Of a DNA stretch of 46,537 nt, positions 8,498 to 17,810 are shown piece after piece. The DNA comes from a virus (Duplodnaviria; Caudoviricetes): positions 1 through 46,537 of IMG/VR virus record IMGVR_UViG_3300049925_000152; one strand, written 5' to 3'. The position numbers and the translations under genes are program-made. Position 1 is the stretch's first letter, and every line of letters starts with the position of its first letter. The notes under the pieces are model-generated. The model worked only from the letters and a program-made list of their open reading frames with translations. It was not told where the DNA came from and ran no database searches.

Positions 8498-11400
8498 ATG
8501 TCTTTGAATGAGAGCGTGGTTGACTACTTCGGTGGCGACGATCTTGCTGCAGATGTTTTCAACAAGTATGCATTGCGTGATGTCAATGGTAATCGTATTG
8601 AGAATCTCCCGACAGAGACTTTCAGACGACTTGCTAAGGAGTTTGCACGGATCGAGGCCAAGTACCCGAACCCAATGTCAGAAGATTCTATCTTCGAGCT
8701 GCTAGACGGTTTTAAGAAAGTCGTCCCACAGGGTTCACCCCTATCAGGTATTGGTAATCCTCACCAGCTGCAGTCTCTATCAAACTGCTTTGTTATTGAT
8801 CAGCCACACGACTCCTACGGCGGCATCCTCTTTGCCGACCAGGAACAGGTCCAGATCATGAAGCGACGCGGCGGGGTCGGTATGGATGTGTCAAAGATCC
8901 GTCCCAAAGGACAGCCCACCACGAACGCAGCACGCACAACTGATGGCATCGGCGTCTTCATGGAGCGCTTCAGTAACTCCACACGTGAGGTCGCGCAGGG
9001 CGGACGCCGTGGGGCTCTCATGCTCACCATCGACTGTCGACACCCAGAGATCGAGACTTTCATCGACATCAAGCGTGACCTGAAGAAGGTGACGGGAGCG
9101 AACATCTCGATCCGCTTCACCGACGAGTTCATGCAGGCTGTAGAGCACAACCAGAGCTTCTGTCTCCGGTGGCCAGTTGAGGCACACCCAGAAGATGCTG
9201 AGATCGTGAAGATGGTCGATGCAAAGCAGGTCTGGGACAAGTTTGTGGATGCAGCGTGGGCAGCAGCAGAGCCCGGTGCACTCTTCTGGGACACAGTGGT
9301 CAACCAGGGCGTCGTCGACTGCTACCGCGATGTGGGTTATAAGACGATCTCTACGAATCCATGCGTGACAGGTGACACAGAGGTCATGGTCGCGGATGGT
9401 CGTGGGTTCGTCGCTATCAAGACACTCGCGGACGAAGGAAACGACGTGCCCGTCTTTGCATGTGATGAAGGTGGCAAGCTTGTCATCAAGACCATGAGAA
9501 ATCCGCGCGTCACTGGAAAGAACGCGCAGATCTATCGTGTGACCGTCGAGGGTGGACACTCGTTCCGAGCAACTGGCAATCACAAGATGATCATGCGTGA
9601 CGGAAGCGAGCGCGAGGTCAAGGACCTGATCGCAGGTGATTCTCTCTGGATCTCTCATCATGTCAATGGCAAGTTCAATGAGGCAATGCCCGGGCTTCGA
9701 GCGTCAACGTCCCAGGATTACAGCTGGATTCGAAGCGGTGGAAATCGAACCTGGAAGTCTGCTCACCGCATCATGTGGGAACATTTCAACGGCAAAAAGA
9801 TTGGAAAGGACGAGGTCATTCATCATGCTGACTTCAACTCTCTCAACAATCATCCCAGCAATCTCGTGCTGATGAGTAAGGAAGACCATGATCGCTTCCA
9901 CGCTGATCTGATCAAGGGTGAGAACAATCCGATCTTCAAGATCAAGGCAGATCCTGTCAGGTTCGCTGAATATTCTGAAAAAATGTCTAAGTCAGTGGGA
10001 GGAATGAACAATCCTCGTGCCTATGAAGTGTCAAATGATTCGATCATCGACGCCATCGCGAAGCTGACGATTAACATCAATCGACGCGTGACCCGTTCGG
10101 ACTGGACAGACTTTGCCAAGGAGAACAATTTCCCAATCTTCCTGAATGACTTTAGGCTAGATGGTAAGAGCTTCTCTGAAGTTTGCTATGAAATCGCAAT
10201 TTTCTGTGGTATCAACTCTGACATCTGTGACATGGATCCTCGTGTAGCGCGTCGAGCGCTGCACGCAGAGTCCGAGGGCTATCGCTGGCAAGTTGCTAGT
10301 GGTGATCTTCACGTAGAAAAGACGTGTGAGTGGTGTAAGACCCCATTCTGGTCAGAATACGATAAGCGTGAAGTTTCTTTCTGCGGTCATTCTTGTGCCA
10401 ACAAGTATGCAAACCGTCGTGCAGGTAAGAACCAACGCAGATCTTCAACACTGAGAGCAATGCATGCTTCAAATGGTGAAAAGAAGCGTCAGGAGCAACT
10501 TGAAGTATTCACATCACTTCGCAGCACACTAGGAAGAGTTCCACTTGCTCAAGAGTGGGAGACGGCTTGTAAAAAATCAGGATGCTCATCTCGAACAGGA
10601 ACGCAGCACGGATTTGCGTCGTGGAGCGAACTTAAGACTGCTGCTGAGAGTTTCAATCACCGAGTAGTTTCAGTCGAGCTTGCAGGAAATGAAGATGTCT
10701 ACAATGGAACTGTCGACGATGTTCACACTTTCTGCTTCAGAGTCGGAAGTGAAGAGATTGAGAGATTCAGAAACAAAGCTGATCTGATTCTTGCGAGTCG
10801 TCAATGCGGAGAGATACCCCTCAGCCCCTATGACTCCTGCCGGCTAATGGTTGTCAACCTCACGTCGTTCGTCCTTAATCCTTTCACATCGAATGCGAAG
10901 TTCGACTACGACAGTTTCATCTCTGTCGTCGGTAAGGCACAGCGACTCATGGATGACCTTGTCGATCTCGAGGTTGAGTGTGTTGATCGCATTCTTGAGA
11001 AGATTGAGAACGACCCGCAGCCTGCTAGCGTGAAGCAGATCGAGCGTGATCTGTGGAACAAGATCAGAAATGCAGGTCTCAACGGGCGTAGAACAGGCCT
11101 GGGCATCACGGGCCTCGGGGACACGCTAGCAGGTCTCAATATCCGTTATGGATCGCAGCTCTCCATCGAGATGACTGAGGCGATCTATCAACACCTCGCA
11201 ATGGGTGCCCACCGGTCATCCTGCCAGCTCGCAGCAGAGCGCGGTGCGTTCCCTGTGTTTGACTACAGCAAGGAGAAGGATCATCCTTACCTTGCACGTG
11301 TCATGAGTGCTTGCGGAACTGAGACTATCAACATGTGGCAGACCACGGGCCGACGCAACATTGCGCTGACGACCACGGCACCTGTCGGTTCGATCTCTTG

Positions 11401-12415
11401 CCTCACACAGACAACATCAGGCATCGAGCCCGCATTCCTCCTCTCCTACAAGCGCCGCCGCAAGATCACTCAGGGTGACACTAAGTCAGTTGCTGACTAC
11501 GTGGATCCAATGGGCGACAAGTGGCAGGAATACACTGTCTACCACCACTGGTTCAAGAAGTGGATGGACGTCACGGGCAAGTCTGATCCCAAGGAGAGCC
11601 CATACTGGGGAGGCACTGCCAACGACATCGACTGGGAGAAGTCTGTCGAGATCCAGGCAGCAGCTCAAAAGTGGATCGACCACAGCATCAGCAAGACGTG
11701 CAACCTTCCAAATGCAGCCACAAAGGAGACTGTCAACAACGTCTACGTGAAGGCATGGAAGATGGGTTGCAAGGGATTCACAGTCTATCGAGACGGTTGC
11801 AGGACAGGAGTTCTAGTCTCAACGGAAGAGAAGAAAGAGGAGAAGCCCAAGGCAGCAGATACGCATCCCAAGCGCCCCAAAGAGCTGCCATGTGACATTC
11901 ACCGTGTCAACGTGAAGGATGAGTCAGGCAAGGCACAGTCGTGGATGGTGCTAGTGGGTCTCAAGGACGGTGCGCCATACGAAGTCTTCAGTGGGCTTGC
12001 AAACCACATCGTTGTACCTAAGAAGACAAAGTCAGGTACCATGGTCAAGAACGGAAAGGTGAACGGACTCTCGACGTACAACCTTCGTGTTCCCGTCGGT
12101 GCTGATGATGAGATCCTCTTCAAGGACGTTGCGAACCTCTTTGCAAATCCAACGCAGGGTGCGTTCTCTAGGACGATCTCTCTGGCGCTTCGACACGGCG
12201 TGCCCGTCAACTTCGTGGTGGACCAGCTCCAGAAAGATAAGGACTCTGACATGTTCACCTACGCCCGGTGCATCGCACGAGTCCTCAAGAGCTACATCCC
12301 AGACGGCACGAAGTCGACCACGGAGAAGAAGTGTAAGGAGTGCGGCAGCGACCAGGTCTTCTACATGGAAGGTTGCCTGACGTGCAGTTCTTGCGGCTCG
12401 TCAAAATGCTCATGA
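8498..12415 (+). CDS. nrdJ: class II (B12-dependent) ribonucleotide reductase with intein
   Basis: SNCFV, GGVG, RRGALM, TNP|CGEIPL, CRL, RRTGLG, APVGSIS, TSGIEP, TVYRDG; C-terminal CxxC...CxxC; no beta subunit nearby. Confidence 0.88.
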   Translation: MSLNESVVDYFGGDDLAADVFNKYALRDVNGNRIENLPTETFRRLAKEFARIEAKYPNPMSEDSIFELLDGFKKVVPQGSPLSGIGNPHQLQSLSNCFVIDQPHDSYGGILFADQEQVQIMKRRGGVGMDVSKIRPKGQPTTNAARTTDGIGVFMERFSNSTREVAQGGRRGALMLTIDCRHPEIETFIDIKRDLKKVTGANISIRFTDEFMQAVEHNQSFCLRWPVEAHPEDAEIVKMVDAKQVWDKFVDAAWAAAEPGALFWDTVVNQGVVDCYRDVGYKTISTNPCVTGDTEVMVADGRGFVAIKTLADEGNDVPVFACDEGGKLVIKTMRNPRVTGKNAQIYRVTVEGGHSFRATGNHKMIMRDGSEREVKDLIAGDSLWISHHVNGKFNEAMPGLRASTSQDYSWIRSGGNRTWKSAHRIMWEHFNGKKIGKDEVIHHADFNSLNNHPSNLVLMSKEDHDRFHADLIKGENNPIFKIKADPVRFAEYSEKMSKSVGGMNNPRAYEVSNDSIIDAIAKLTININRRVTRSDWTDFAKENNFPIFLNDFRLDGKSFSEVCYEIAIFCGINSDICDMDPRVARRALHAESEGYRWQVASGDLHVEKTCEWCKTPFWSEYDKREVSFCGHSCANKYANRRAGKNQRRSSTLRAMHASNGEKKRQEQLEVFTSLRSTLGRVPLAQEWETACKKSGCSSRTGTQHGFASWSELKTAAESFNHRVVSVELAGNEDVYNGTVDDVHTFCFRVGSEEIERFRNKADLILASRQCGEIPLSPYDSCRLMVVNLTSFVLNPFTSNAKFDYDSFISVVGKAQRLMDDLVDLEVECVDRILEKIENDPQPASVKQIERDLWNKIRNAGLNGRRTGLGITGLGDTLAGLNIRYGSQLSIEMTEAIYQHLAMGAHRSSCQLAAERGAFPVFDYSKEKDHPYLARVMSACGTETINMWQTTGRRNIALTTTAPVGSISCLTQTTSGIEPAFLLSYKRRRKITQGDTKSVADYVDPMGDKWQEYTVYHHWFKKWMDVTGKSDPKESPYWGGTANDIDWEKSVEIQAAAQKWIDHSISKTCNLPNAATKETVNNVYVKAWKMGCKGFTVYRDGCRTGVLVSTEEKKEEKPKAADTHPKRPKELPCDIHRVNVKDESGKAQSWMVLVGLKDGAPYEVFSGLANHIVVPKKTKSGTMVKNGKVNGLSTYNLRVPVGADDEILFKDVANLFANPTQGAFSRTISLALRHGVPVNFVVDQLQKDKDSDMFTYARCIARVLKSYIPDGTKSTTEKKCKECGSDQVFYMEGCLTCSSCGSSKCS
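9362..10804 (+). mobile_element. 481-aa intein with HNH endonuclease at the RNR active-site NP|CGE
   Basis: Starts CVTGDTEV; block B ATGNHKM; HNH HRIMW..IHHADFNSLNNHPSNL..H; block F VYNGTVDDVHTF; ends ASRQ followed by Cys. Confidence 0.9.
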
Positions 12416-12443
12416 TGTAACACACAAGAACAGCTAATCTAAC

Positions 12444-12468
12444 ATGCCGCCTTCGGGCGGCATTTTTT
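12444..12468 (+). terminator. Rho-independent terminator
   Basis: ATGCCGCC-TTCG-GGCGGCAT followed by a T run, after nrdJ. Confidence 0.9.
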
Positions 12469-12469
12469 A

Positions 12470-12497
12470 TGTAAACAAAGCATTAATGAGGTAGAAT
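12470..12497 (+). promoter_or_regulatory. promoter TGTAAA-N16-TAGAAT, leaderless clpP
   Basis: ATG 12504 lies 7 nt after the -10; no SD. Confidence 0.6.
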
Positions 12498-12503
12498 AAC
12501 AAC

Positions 12504-13106
12504 ATGAACATCATCACACGCGTTTCTCCCCTAGTTAAAGAGTGCGAACTTCGGTCCGGTCCAGTCGTGATTCGAGTCAACAAGTTTGACGAAGATTCTG
12601 CGAAGGAGTTCGTGCAGCATATGTCACTGGCCCAGTCGACAGGACAGTCAGTCATCCCAATCGTGATCGACTCCTACGGTGGTGAGGTCTACTCACTCAT
12701 GACGATGATCGATGCGATCAAGTCATCACGCGTTCCAGTTGCGACCGTCGTCGAGGGCAAGGCAATGTCTTGCGGTGCTGTCCTTGCCACATGCGGCGCG
12801 CAGGGTATGCGGTACGCATCACCACACTCCACGATCATGATCCACGAGGTTGCAAGCGGCAATCGAGGCAAGGTCGAGGAGATCAAGGCAGACGCTAAGG
12901 AGACTGATCGCCTCAACGAGAAGATCCTCAAGATCATGGCAGAGAACATCGGCAAGGATGAGTCTTTCTTCCTCGATGAGATCCACAACAAGAAGCACGC
13001 AGACTGGTACCTTGAGCCTGAGGAGGCCAAGGAGATCGGCATCGTCAATCACGTCCGCATTCCAGAGATGATCCTGACTGTCGATGTGAAGTACAAGTTT
13101 GAGTGA
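12504..13106 (+). CDS. clpP: ClpP-like protease
   Basis: IDSYGG, AMSCGA (catalytic Ser), IMIHE, DWYLEPEEAKEIGIV. Confidence 0.88.
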   Translation: MNIITRVSPLVKECELRSGPVVIRVNKFDEDSAKEFVQHMSLAQSTGQSVIPIVIDSYGGEVYSLMTMIDAIKSSRVPVATVVEGKAMSCGAVLATCGAQGMRYASPHSTIMIHEVASGNRGKVEEIKADAKETDRLNEKILKIMAENIGKDESFFLDEIHNKKHADWYLEPEEAKEIGIVNHVRIPEMILTVDVKYKFE

Positions 13107-13113
13107 GGTAAAT

Positions 13114-14151
13114 GTGAAAACTTTTGTTGCAGAGTACATCTGGGTCGACGGCTCAGAGCCCACACAGAAGCTTAGAAGTAAGACTAAGATCTTTGCTTAC
13201 GATCTAAGCGCAGGCGATTTTGGCATCACCAGCATCCCGCACTGGACCTTTGACGGATCTTCGACGGGTCAAGCCACAGGTGATAAGAGCGATTGTGTCC
13301 TAGTCCCAGTCAGATTCATCTTTGATCCAACACGAGAGAAGAACCACGAGCGCATTCACATTCTTGTCCTGTGTGAAGTGTTCAATGCTGATGGGTCGCC
13401 TCACACGACAAACACACGTGCTGCACTCCGTGACGTTGCTGCAAAGACGCTTGATCACGAGCCTCTCTTTGGCATCGAGCAGGAGTACACCATGTTCAAG
13501 GAGGGACGCCCACTAGGATGGCCCACTGGTGGTTACCCGCCCCAGCAGGGACCCTTCTACTGCGGTGTCGGTGCTGATGAAGTCTTCGGACGTGAGCTTG
13601 TCGAGGATCACATGTCTGCATGTCTCGACTCTCGCCTCTTTCTCTGCGGCATCAACGCTGAGGTGATGCCAGGACAGTGGGAGTTCCAGGTTGGAACTGC
13701 AGATGCTCTGACTGTGTCAGATCACCTCATCTTTGCTCGCTGGATCCTCTATCGTCTTGGTGAGAAGCACGGCATCACTGTGAAGCTGGATCCCAAGCCT
13801 GTGGCAGAGCTCAACGGAGCAGGTGCACACACGAACTTCTCGACAAAGGAGATGCGCGAGGAAGGCGGCATGTCAGCGATCGAACAGGCATGTGAGAAAC
13901 TAAAGGTGACACATGCATGGCACATCGCAAACTACGGGCATGGAATCGAGCAGCGTCTGACAGGTCACCATGAGACTTGCTCATACCGCGACTTCCGATG
14001 GGGAGTCAGTGATCGAGGTGCATCGATCAGGATCCCTCTTCACGTGGCACAAGCAGGCTGTGGTTACCTCGAGGACCGTCGTCCCTGCGCGAATGTCGAT
14101 CCTTACGTGGTCACTCGCCTCCTACTTGAGACGGTCTGTGGTGTAAGTTGA
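13114..14151 (+). CDS. glnII: glutamine synthetase, type II
   Basis: AEYIWVDG, WTFDGSST, GIEQEYT, QGPFYCGVG, NAEVMPGQWEFQ, RLTGHHET, YLEDRRP; probable GTG start after GAGGT. Confidence 0.92.
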   Translation: MKTFVAEYIWVDGSEPTQKLRSKTKIFAYDLSAGDFGITSIPHWTFDGSSTGQATGDKSDCVLVPVRFIFDPTREKNHERIHILVLCEVFNADGSPHTTNTRAALRDVAAKTLDHEPLFGIEQEYTMFKEGRPLGWPTGGYPPQQGPFYCGVGADEVFGRELVEDHMSACLDSRLFLCGINAEVMPGQWEFQVGTADALTVSDHLIFARWILYRLGEKHGITVKLDPKPVAELNGAGAHTNFSTKEMREEGGMSAIEQACEKLKVTHAWHIANYGHGIEQRLTGHHETCSYRDFRWGVSDRGASIRIPLHVAQAGCGYLEDRRPCANVDPYVVTRLLLETVCGVS

Positions 14152-14510
14152 GCTCGGCGAAGGTAGAGCTGCTTGTTAAAGTAGTCTCATGGAGATTTTT
14201 CTCCATGCTCTATGGTTTTACGATACTTTACCTTTTTACCGCCTCAGCAGGAGAGTCAGCAGGTATTATCCTCTTAACAGGATCAACACTGACTCTCTTG
14301 CAGTGGGGTTATGAGATAATCTGGGACAAACACATTAGGAGTAAGTTACGCTATGCCTTTTCAAGACAACAAGGTAGAGTTGGTCGGCTGGTACGGTGGG
14401 GACGAGACACACGCGCTCTCGGCGTGGACGAGCACGAGCAGGGAGCTGTCGGAGGAGAAGCAAGCACGAATCCCCTCGCTCCTGAGAATGCTGGCAGAGA
14501 ATGGACATGA
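14148..14510 (+). CDS. small membrane protein (DUF2061-like), tail overlapping thyX
   Basis: KVVSWR, two hydrophobic helices, YEIIWDK; TTG overlaps the GS stop. Confidence 0.5.
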   Translation: MSSAKVELLVKVVSWRFFSMLYGFTILYLFTASAGESAGIILLTGSTLTLLQWGYEIIWDKHIRSKLRYAFSRQQGRVGRLVRWGRDTRALGVDEHEQGAVGGEASTNPLAPENAGREWT

Positions 14511-14985
14511 GACTCCATTTGAAAAGTCGAACATCCATTTCCTTGTAACAACAGACATCGCAACACACATACAGATCCTCAAGAGCAGGATAGGCACAAG
14601 CTGCAATTCCGAATCTGCCCGCTATAAAGAGCTCAAGGACGACAAGTACTACCTCCCGAAGGACTGGCCACTTGAGGAGCAGGCCCGGTACATCGCTTTC
14701 ATGGAGGACGCTCTCATGCGCTACCATGATACACTTGATCGTCTTGTCACGGGTGGGATGAGCCGCAAGCGAGCGAAGGAATCTGCTCGCTTCTACCTTC
14801 CATATGGTAACCAGATCACGGCCGATCTCATGTTCAACTGGCGCTCCTTCAACCACTTCCTGGGCCTGCGGATGAAGCCCGACGCCCAGCGTGAGATCTG
14901 CTGGCTTGCCGAAGAGATGCTTAAACAGGTTCGAGAGATTCCTGACAATCCGTTCAAGCACACGATCGAGGCATTTGGCTACTAG
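14353..14985 (+). CDS. thyX: flavin-dependent thymidylate synthase
   Basis: GHETPFE, KSRIGTSCNSESARY, ESARFYLP, NWRSFNHFLGLR, AQREI. Confidence 0.88.
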   Translation: MPFQDNKVELVGWYGGDETHALSAWTSTSRELSEEKQARIPSLLRMLAENGHETPFEKSNIHFLVTTDIATHIQILKSRIGTSCNSESARYKELKDDKYYLPKDWPLEEQARYIAFMEDALMRYHDTLDRLVTGGMSRKRAKESARFYLPYGNQITADLMFNWRSFNHFLGLRMKPDAQREICWLAEEMLKQVREIPDNPFKHTIEAFGY

Positions 14986-14987
14986 AT

Positions 14988-15015
14988 TGTAAAACTTAGG
15001 TGCGTACACTAAGAT
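14988..15015 (+). promoter_or_regulatory. promoter TGTAAA-N16-TAAGAT, leaderless
   Basis: GTG 15022 lies 7 nt after the -10. Confidence 0.55.
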
Positions 15016-15021
15016 AGATGC

Positions 15022-15441
15022 GTGTACGCACCTAAGTCACCATACAACCTGATCCAAGAAACAGTGCAGCACGATCCATGGCGAGTCCTGGTCGTCTGCA
15101 TTTTCTGTAATCTGACACGGCGTCTCACTGCAGAACCTTACATGTGGGAGTTCTTTCGTAGATGGCCCACAGCACAAGATGCATCCAACGCAGATCCTGA
15201 TGAGCTGCGATCGATGATAAGCATCTTAGGATTAGCAGACCGTCGTAGCAAGACGTTGATCAAGCTCTCGCAAGCATACGTGCAGTGGGACGGTGTCGAT
15301 GTAAAATCTCTACCAGGTGTAGGAGACTACGCTGCTGCTGCATACGATATCTTCTGCCTCCACCAGTGGGCGCAGATTCCAGAGCCTAAGGACGGTGCTC
15401 TGAAGAAGTATTGGAAGTGGATCAACAATGTTCACGAATAA
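15022..15441 (+). CDS. HhH DNA glycosylase, MBD4 catalytic-domain-like
   Basis: SPYNLIQE..HDPWRVLV..IFCNLT; LPGVGDYAAAAYDIFC; PKDGALKKYWKW. Confidence 0.8.
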   Translation: MYAPKSPYNLIQETVQHDPWRVLVVCIFCNLTRRLTAEPYMWEFFRRWPTAQDASNADPDELRSMISILGLADRRSKTLIKLSQAYVQWDGVDVKSLPGVGDYAAAAYDIFCLHQWAQIPEPKDGALKKYWKWINNVHE

Positions 15442-15455
15442 AAAGGAAAACGAAG

Positions 15456-16265
15456 TTGCCTGAGGGGCCTGAGGTCAAGATCGTCACTGACTCGCTTGAA
15501 AAGGCGCTGCTCGGTCGTACAGTAACTAAAATCATCTACCACGGAGGTCGTTACACAAAGCACGAACCTCCTGAGGGACACACAGAAATATCGTCTGTCC
15601 TACCCCAGAATGTGTCTGTTGTATCTTGCAAGGGCAAGTTTATATACATCACCCTTGAAGATGAGTGGTCAATCTGGAACACTCTGGGTATGACGGGAGG
15701 CTGGTCGAAGACAAAACAGAAGCACAGCCGTGCAGAGATCGTCCTCGATGGGGGTTCATCTGTCTTCTTCAACGACGCACGCAACTTCGGCACATTGAAG
15801 TACGTGCAGGGAAGCGCAGATCTCAGCGAAAAGCTGTCGTCGATCGGCCCAGACATGCTTGCTGAAGACGTCGCAGACACGCTGTTCATCTCACGTATGC
15901 GACGAAAGAACAAGCGGATCATCACAGAGAACCTCATGGACCAGAGCGTCATCTCAGGTGTGGGAAACTACCTGAAGTCTGAGAGCCTCTACTTTGCTGG
16001 CATCAATCCCGCTCGCGTCACACGTGATCTCACAGACGAAGATCTGACGCGTCTCAACGCGGTGATCAAGAAGACGATCCGGCAGTCATACACGTCTGGA
16101 GGCGCGACTATCTACACTTTCCAGAACTTTGAGGGTGAGAAAGGACAATACAGTAGACGCTTCGCTGTCTATAATCAAAGCAAGGATCCAGAGGGTCGTG
16201 ACGTTCTAAGTTTCACATCTCCCGAGGGCCGGACAACATTTTGGGTACCAGAGGCACAAACATGA
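15456..16265 (+). CDS. mutM: formamidopyrimidine-DNA glycosylase (Fpg/Nei family)
   Basis: TTG start gives N-terminal PEGPEV; LGMTG, DARNFG, LMDQSVISGVGNYLKSE, GRTTFW; zincless finger. Confidence 0.88.
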   Translation: MPEGPEVKIVTDSLEKALLGRTVTKIIYHGGRYTKHEPPEGHTEISSVLPQNVSVVSCKGKFIYITLEDEWSIWNTLGMTGGWSKTKQKHSRAEIVLDGGSSVFFNDARNFGTLKYVQGSADLSEKLSSIGPDMLAEDVADTLFISRMRRKNKRIITENLMDQSVISGVGNYLKSESLYFAGINPARVTRDLTDEDLTRLNAVIKKTIRQSYTSGGATIYTFQNFEGEKGQYSRRFAVYNQSKDPEGRDVLSFTSPEGRTTFWVPEAQT

Positions 16266-16489
16266 CATACAGACTCTCAGATGAGACAATCAGCCAGATC
16301 GCAAAGCTCCTCCAGATCGCAATCATCACAGGCACAGACATCGTCGACAATCTTCGAACGATTCGCCTCAAGTCAGATGACGGCGAGTTTCTTGATCCAA
16401 CTGCAGACTACCTCGACAACTTTGAGGCCAATCTCAATCGCATGATCGAGAACATGGCATCTCAAGATGACAACAACACAAACGAGTGA
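16262..16489 (+). CDS. hypothetical protein
   Basis: GAGG RBS, ATGA coupling to fpg. Confidence 0.7.
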   Translation: MTYRLSDETISQIAKLLQIAIITGTDIVDNLRTIRLKSDDGEFLDPTADYLDNFEANLNRMIENMASQDDNNTNE

Positions 16490-16494
16490 GAACG

Positions 16495-16869
16495 ATGGAC
16501 AAGCTCGATAAGATGTTCCAGATGCGTAAGGACTTCATGGCAGCTCTATCGGCTCATGTTCCTAATGCATATCCACAGCAACCTATCGATTTGAGTAGCA
16601 AGAAGTCACAGCAGCACTTCAGAGATCTTGCGCTACGCGGTGTTGAAGAGATCTTCGAGGCCCTTCAACACCTGAAGAATACAAAGCCACATCGTGTGAC
16701 AGAGATCACTGAGCCGGTCGATGTCGAGTCTTTCAAGGAGGAGATGGTTGATGCATTCAACTTCTTCTTCACGCTGCTCATCTTGATGGACGTCGAAGCA
16801 GAAGATCTATACGACGCTTTCCAGAAGAAAGACCAGATCATCCACGATAGGATTCGGAACAACTACTAA
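16495..16869 (+). CDS. all-alpha NTP pyrophosphatase (dimeric dUTPase / MazG / T4 gp56 dCTPase-like)
   Basis: EEIFEA..KNTKPH..EEMVDAFNFF..K...RIRNNY pattern. Confidence 0.7.
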   Translation: MDKLDKMFQMRKDFMAALSAHVPNAYPQQPIDLSSKKSQQHFRDLALRGVEEIFEALQHLKNTKPHRVTEITEPVDVESFKEEMVDAFNFFFTLLILMDVEAEDLYDAFQKKDQIIHDRIRNNY

Positions 16870-17810
16870 TGCTGTTTAAAACAATGATTGAGCGTCAGAA
16901 AGAGTTTTCTGATCTCTTCTTTGATTCCACTAAGTTTGACGATGCCAAGCGCGAGGAGATGACAAAGTCTTTCGCGCTTGCTCTTCATGCAGAAGTGGCC
17001 GACCTTGTCAGTTCGATCAACTTCAAGGATCACCACGCGAACAAGAAGACACCTGATCGTGAAAAGATTCTGTATGAGTCAATTGACACGATGCGGTATC
17101 TTTTCGCAATCATGAACACGTGGGGATTTAGTGCTGATGAGGTTGAGTCTGCATACAGTGATAAGGACACATACCTTCACACACGTCATAGAGTTGAAAA
17201 TGAGAAGTGGGACGGGCGCCCTGTCCTAATCGTCGACATCGACGATGTGATTGCACACTTCAGGAAGAACTACTTTGAGTGGCTCGATGAGAAGTACGGG
17301 ATAGTCATTCCTCAAGACTATCCAGAGTACTATGCATCAACACCGCTCAAAGAGAAGGGTGTCAATCCTGAGTCATCTTTTAAGGATTTCATCAGTGATA
17401 GAAAGCTTCGCACGATCGAAGTCATCGATGGAATGATCGAAGTCTTCAGAGAAGCAAGGCGTATGGGCTTTTGGGTCCAGCTGCTTACAGCACGTCCTGA
17501 CCAGAATCTGATCTGCCTCTACGACACATATCACTGGCTTGAGCGAGCAGGCGTTCCTTTTGACGGGCTGGCGTTCAGCGGTGAGAAGTATCGCTGGATC
17601 GTCATGAGTCAGTTCTACGGAAAAGTTGCTGCTTGTGTAGACGATTCACCAAAGCACTCTGCCGAGTACGCAAATCACGGCTTGCTTGTACTCTCACCGA
17701 CATTGTCGTATAATGATGCGTTGAAAGACGTAAAGAATGTTGTTCGTTATGATTCTACAACACAACTCCTGACTCATCTAACAAACCTCTACAAGGACTT
17801 TAAGAAGTAA
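16869..17810 (+). CDS. fusion of MazG/dUTPase-like domain and HAD 5'-nucleotidase-like domain
   Basis: N-terminal HAEVADL..LYESIDTMRY; C-terminal DIDDVI, LLTAR, VDDSPKH. Confidence 0.7.
   Translation: MLFKTMIERQKEFSDLFFDSTKFDDAKREEMTKSFALALHAEVADLVSSINFKDHHANKKTPDREKILYESIDTMRYLFAIMNTWGFSADEVESAYSDKDTYLHTRHRVENEKWDGRPVLIVDIDDVIAHFRKNYFEWLDEKYGIVIPQDYPEYYASTPLKEKGVNPESSFKDFISDRKLRTIEVIDGMIEVFREARRMGFWVQLLTARPDQNLICLYDTYHWLERAGVPFDGLAFSGEKYRWIVMSQFYGKVAACVDDSPKHSAEYANHGLLVLSPTLSYNDALKDVKNVVRYDSTTQLLTHLTNLYKDFKK

Noticed and set aside
15411-15455. ORF-track start for fpg
   Set aside because: Fpg needs Pro at position 2; TTG 15456 after AAGGA gives M-PEGPEV
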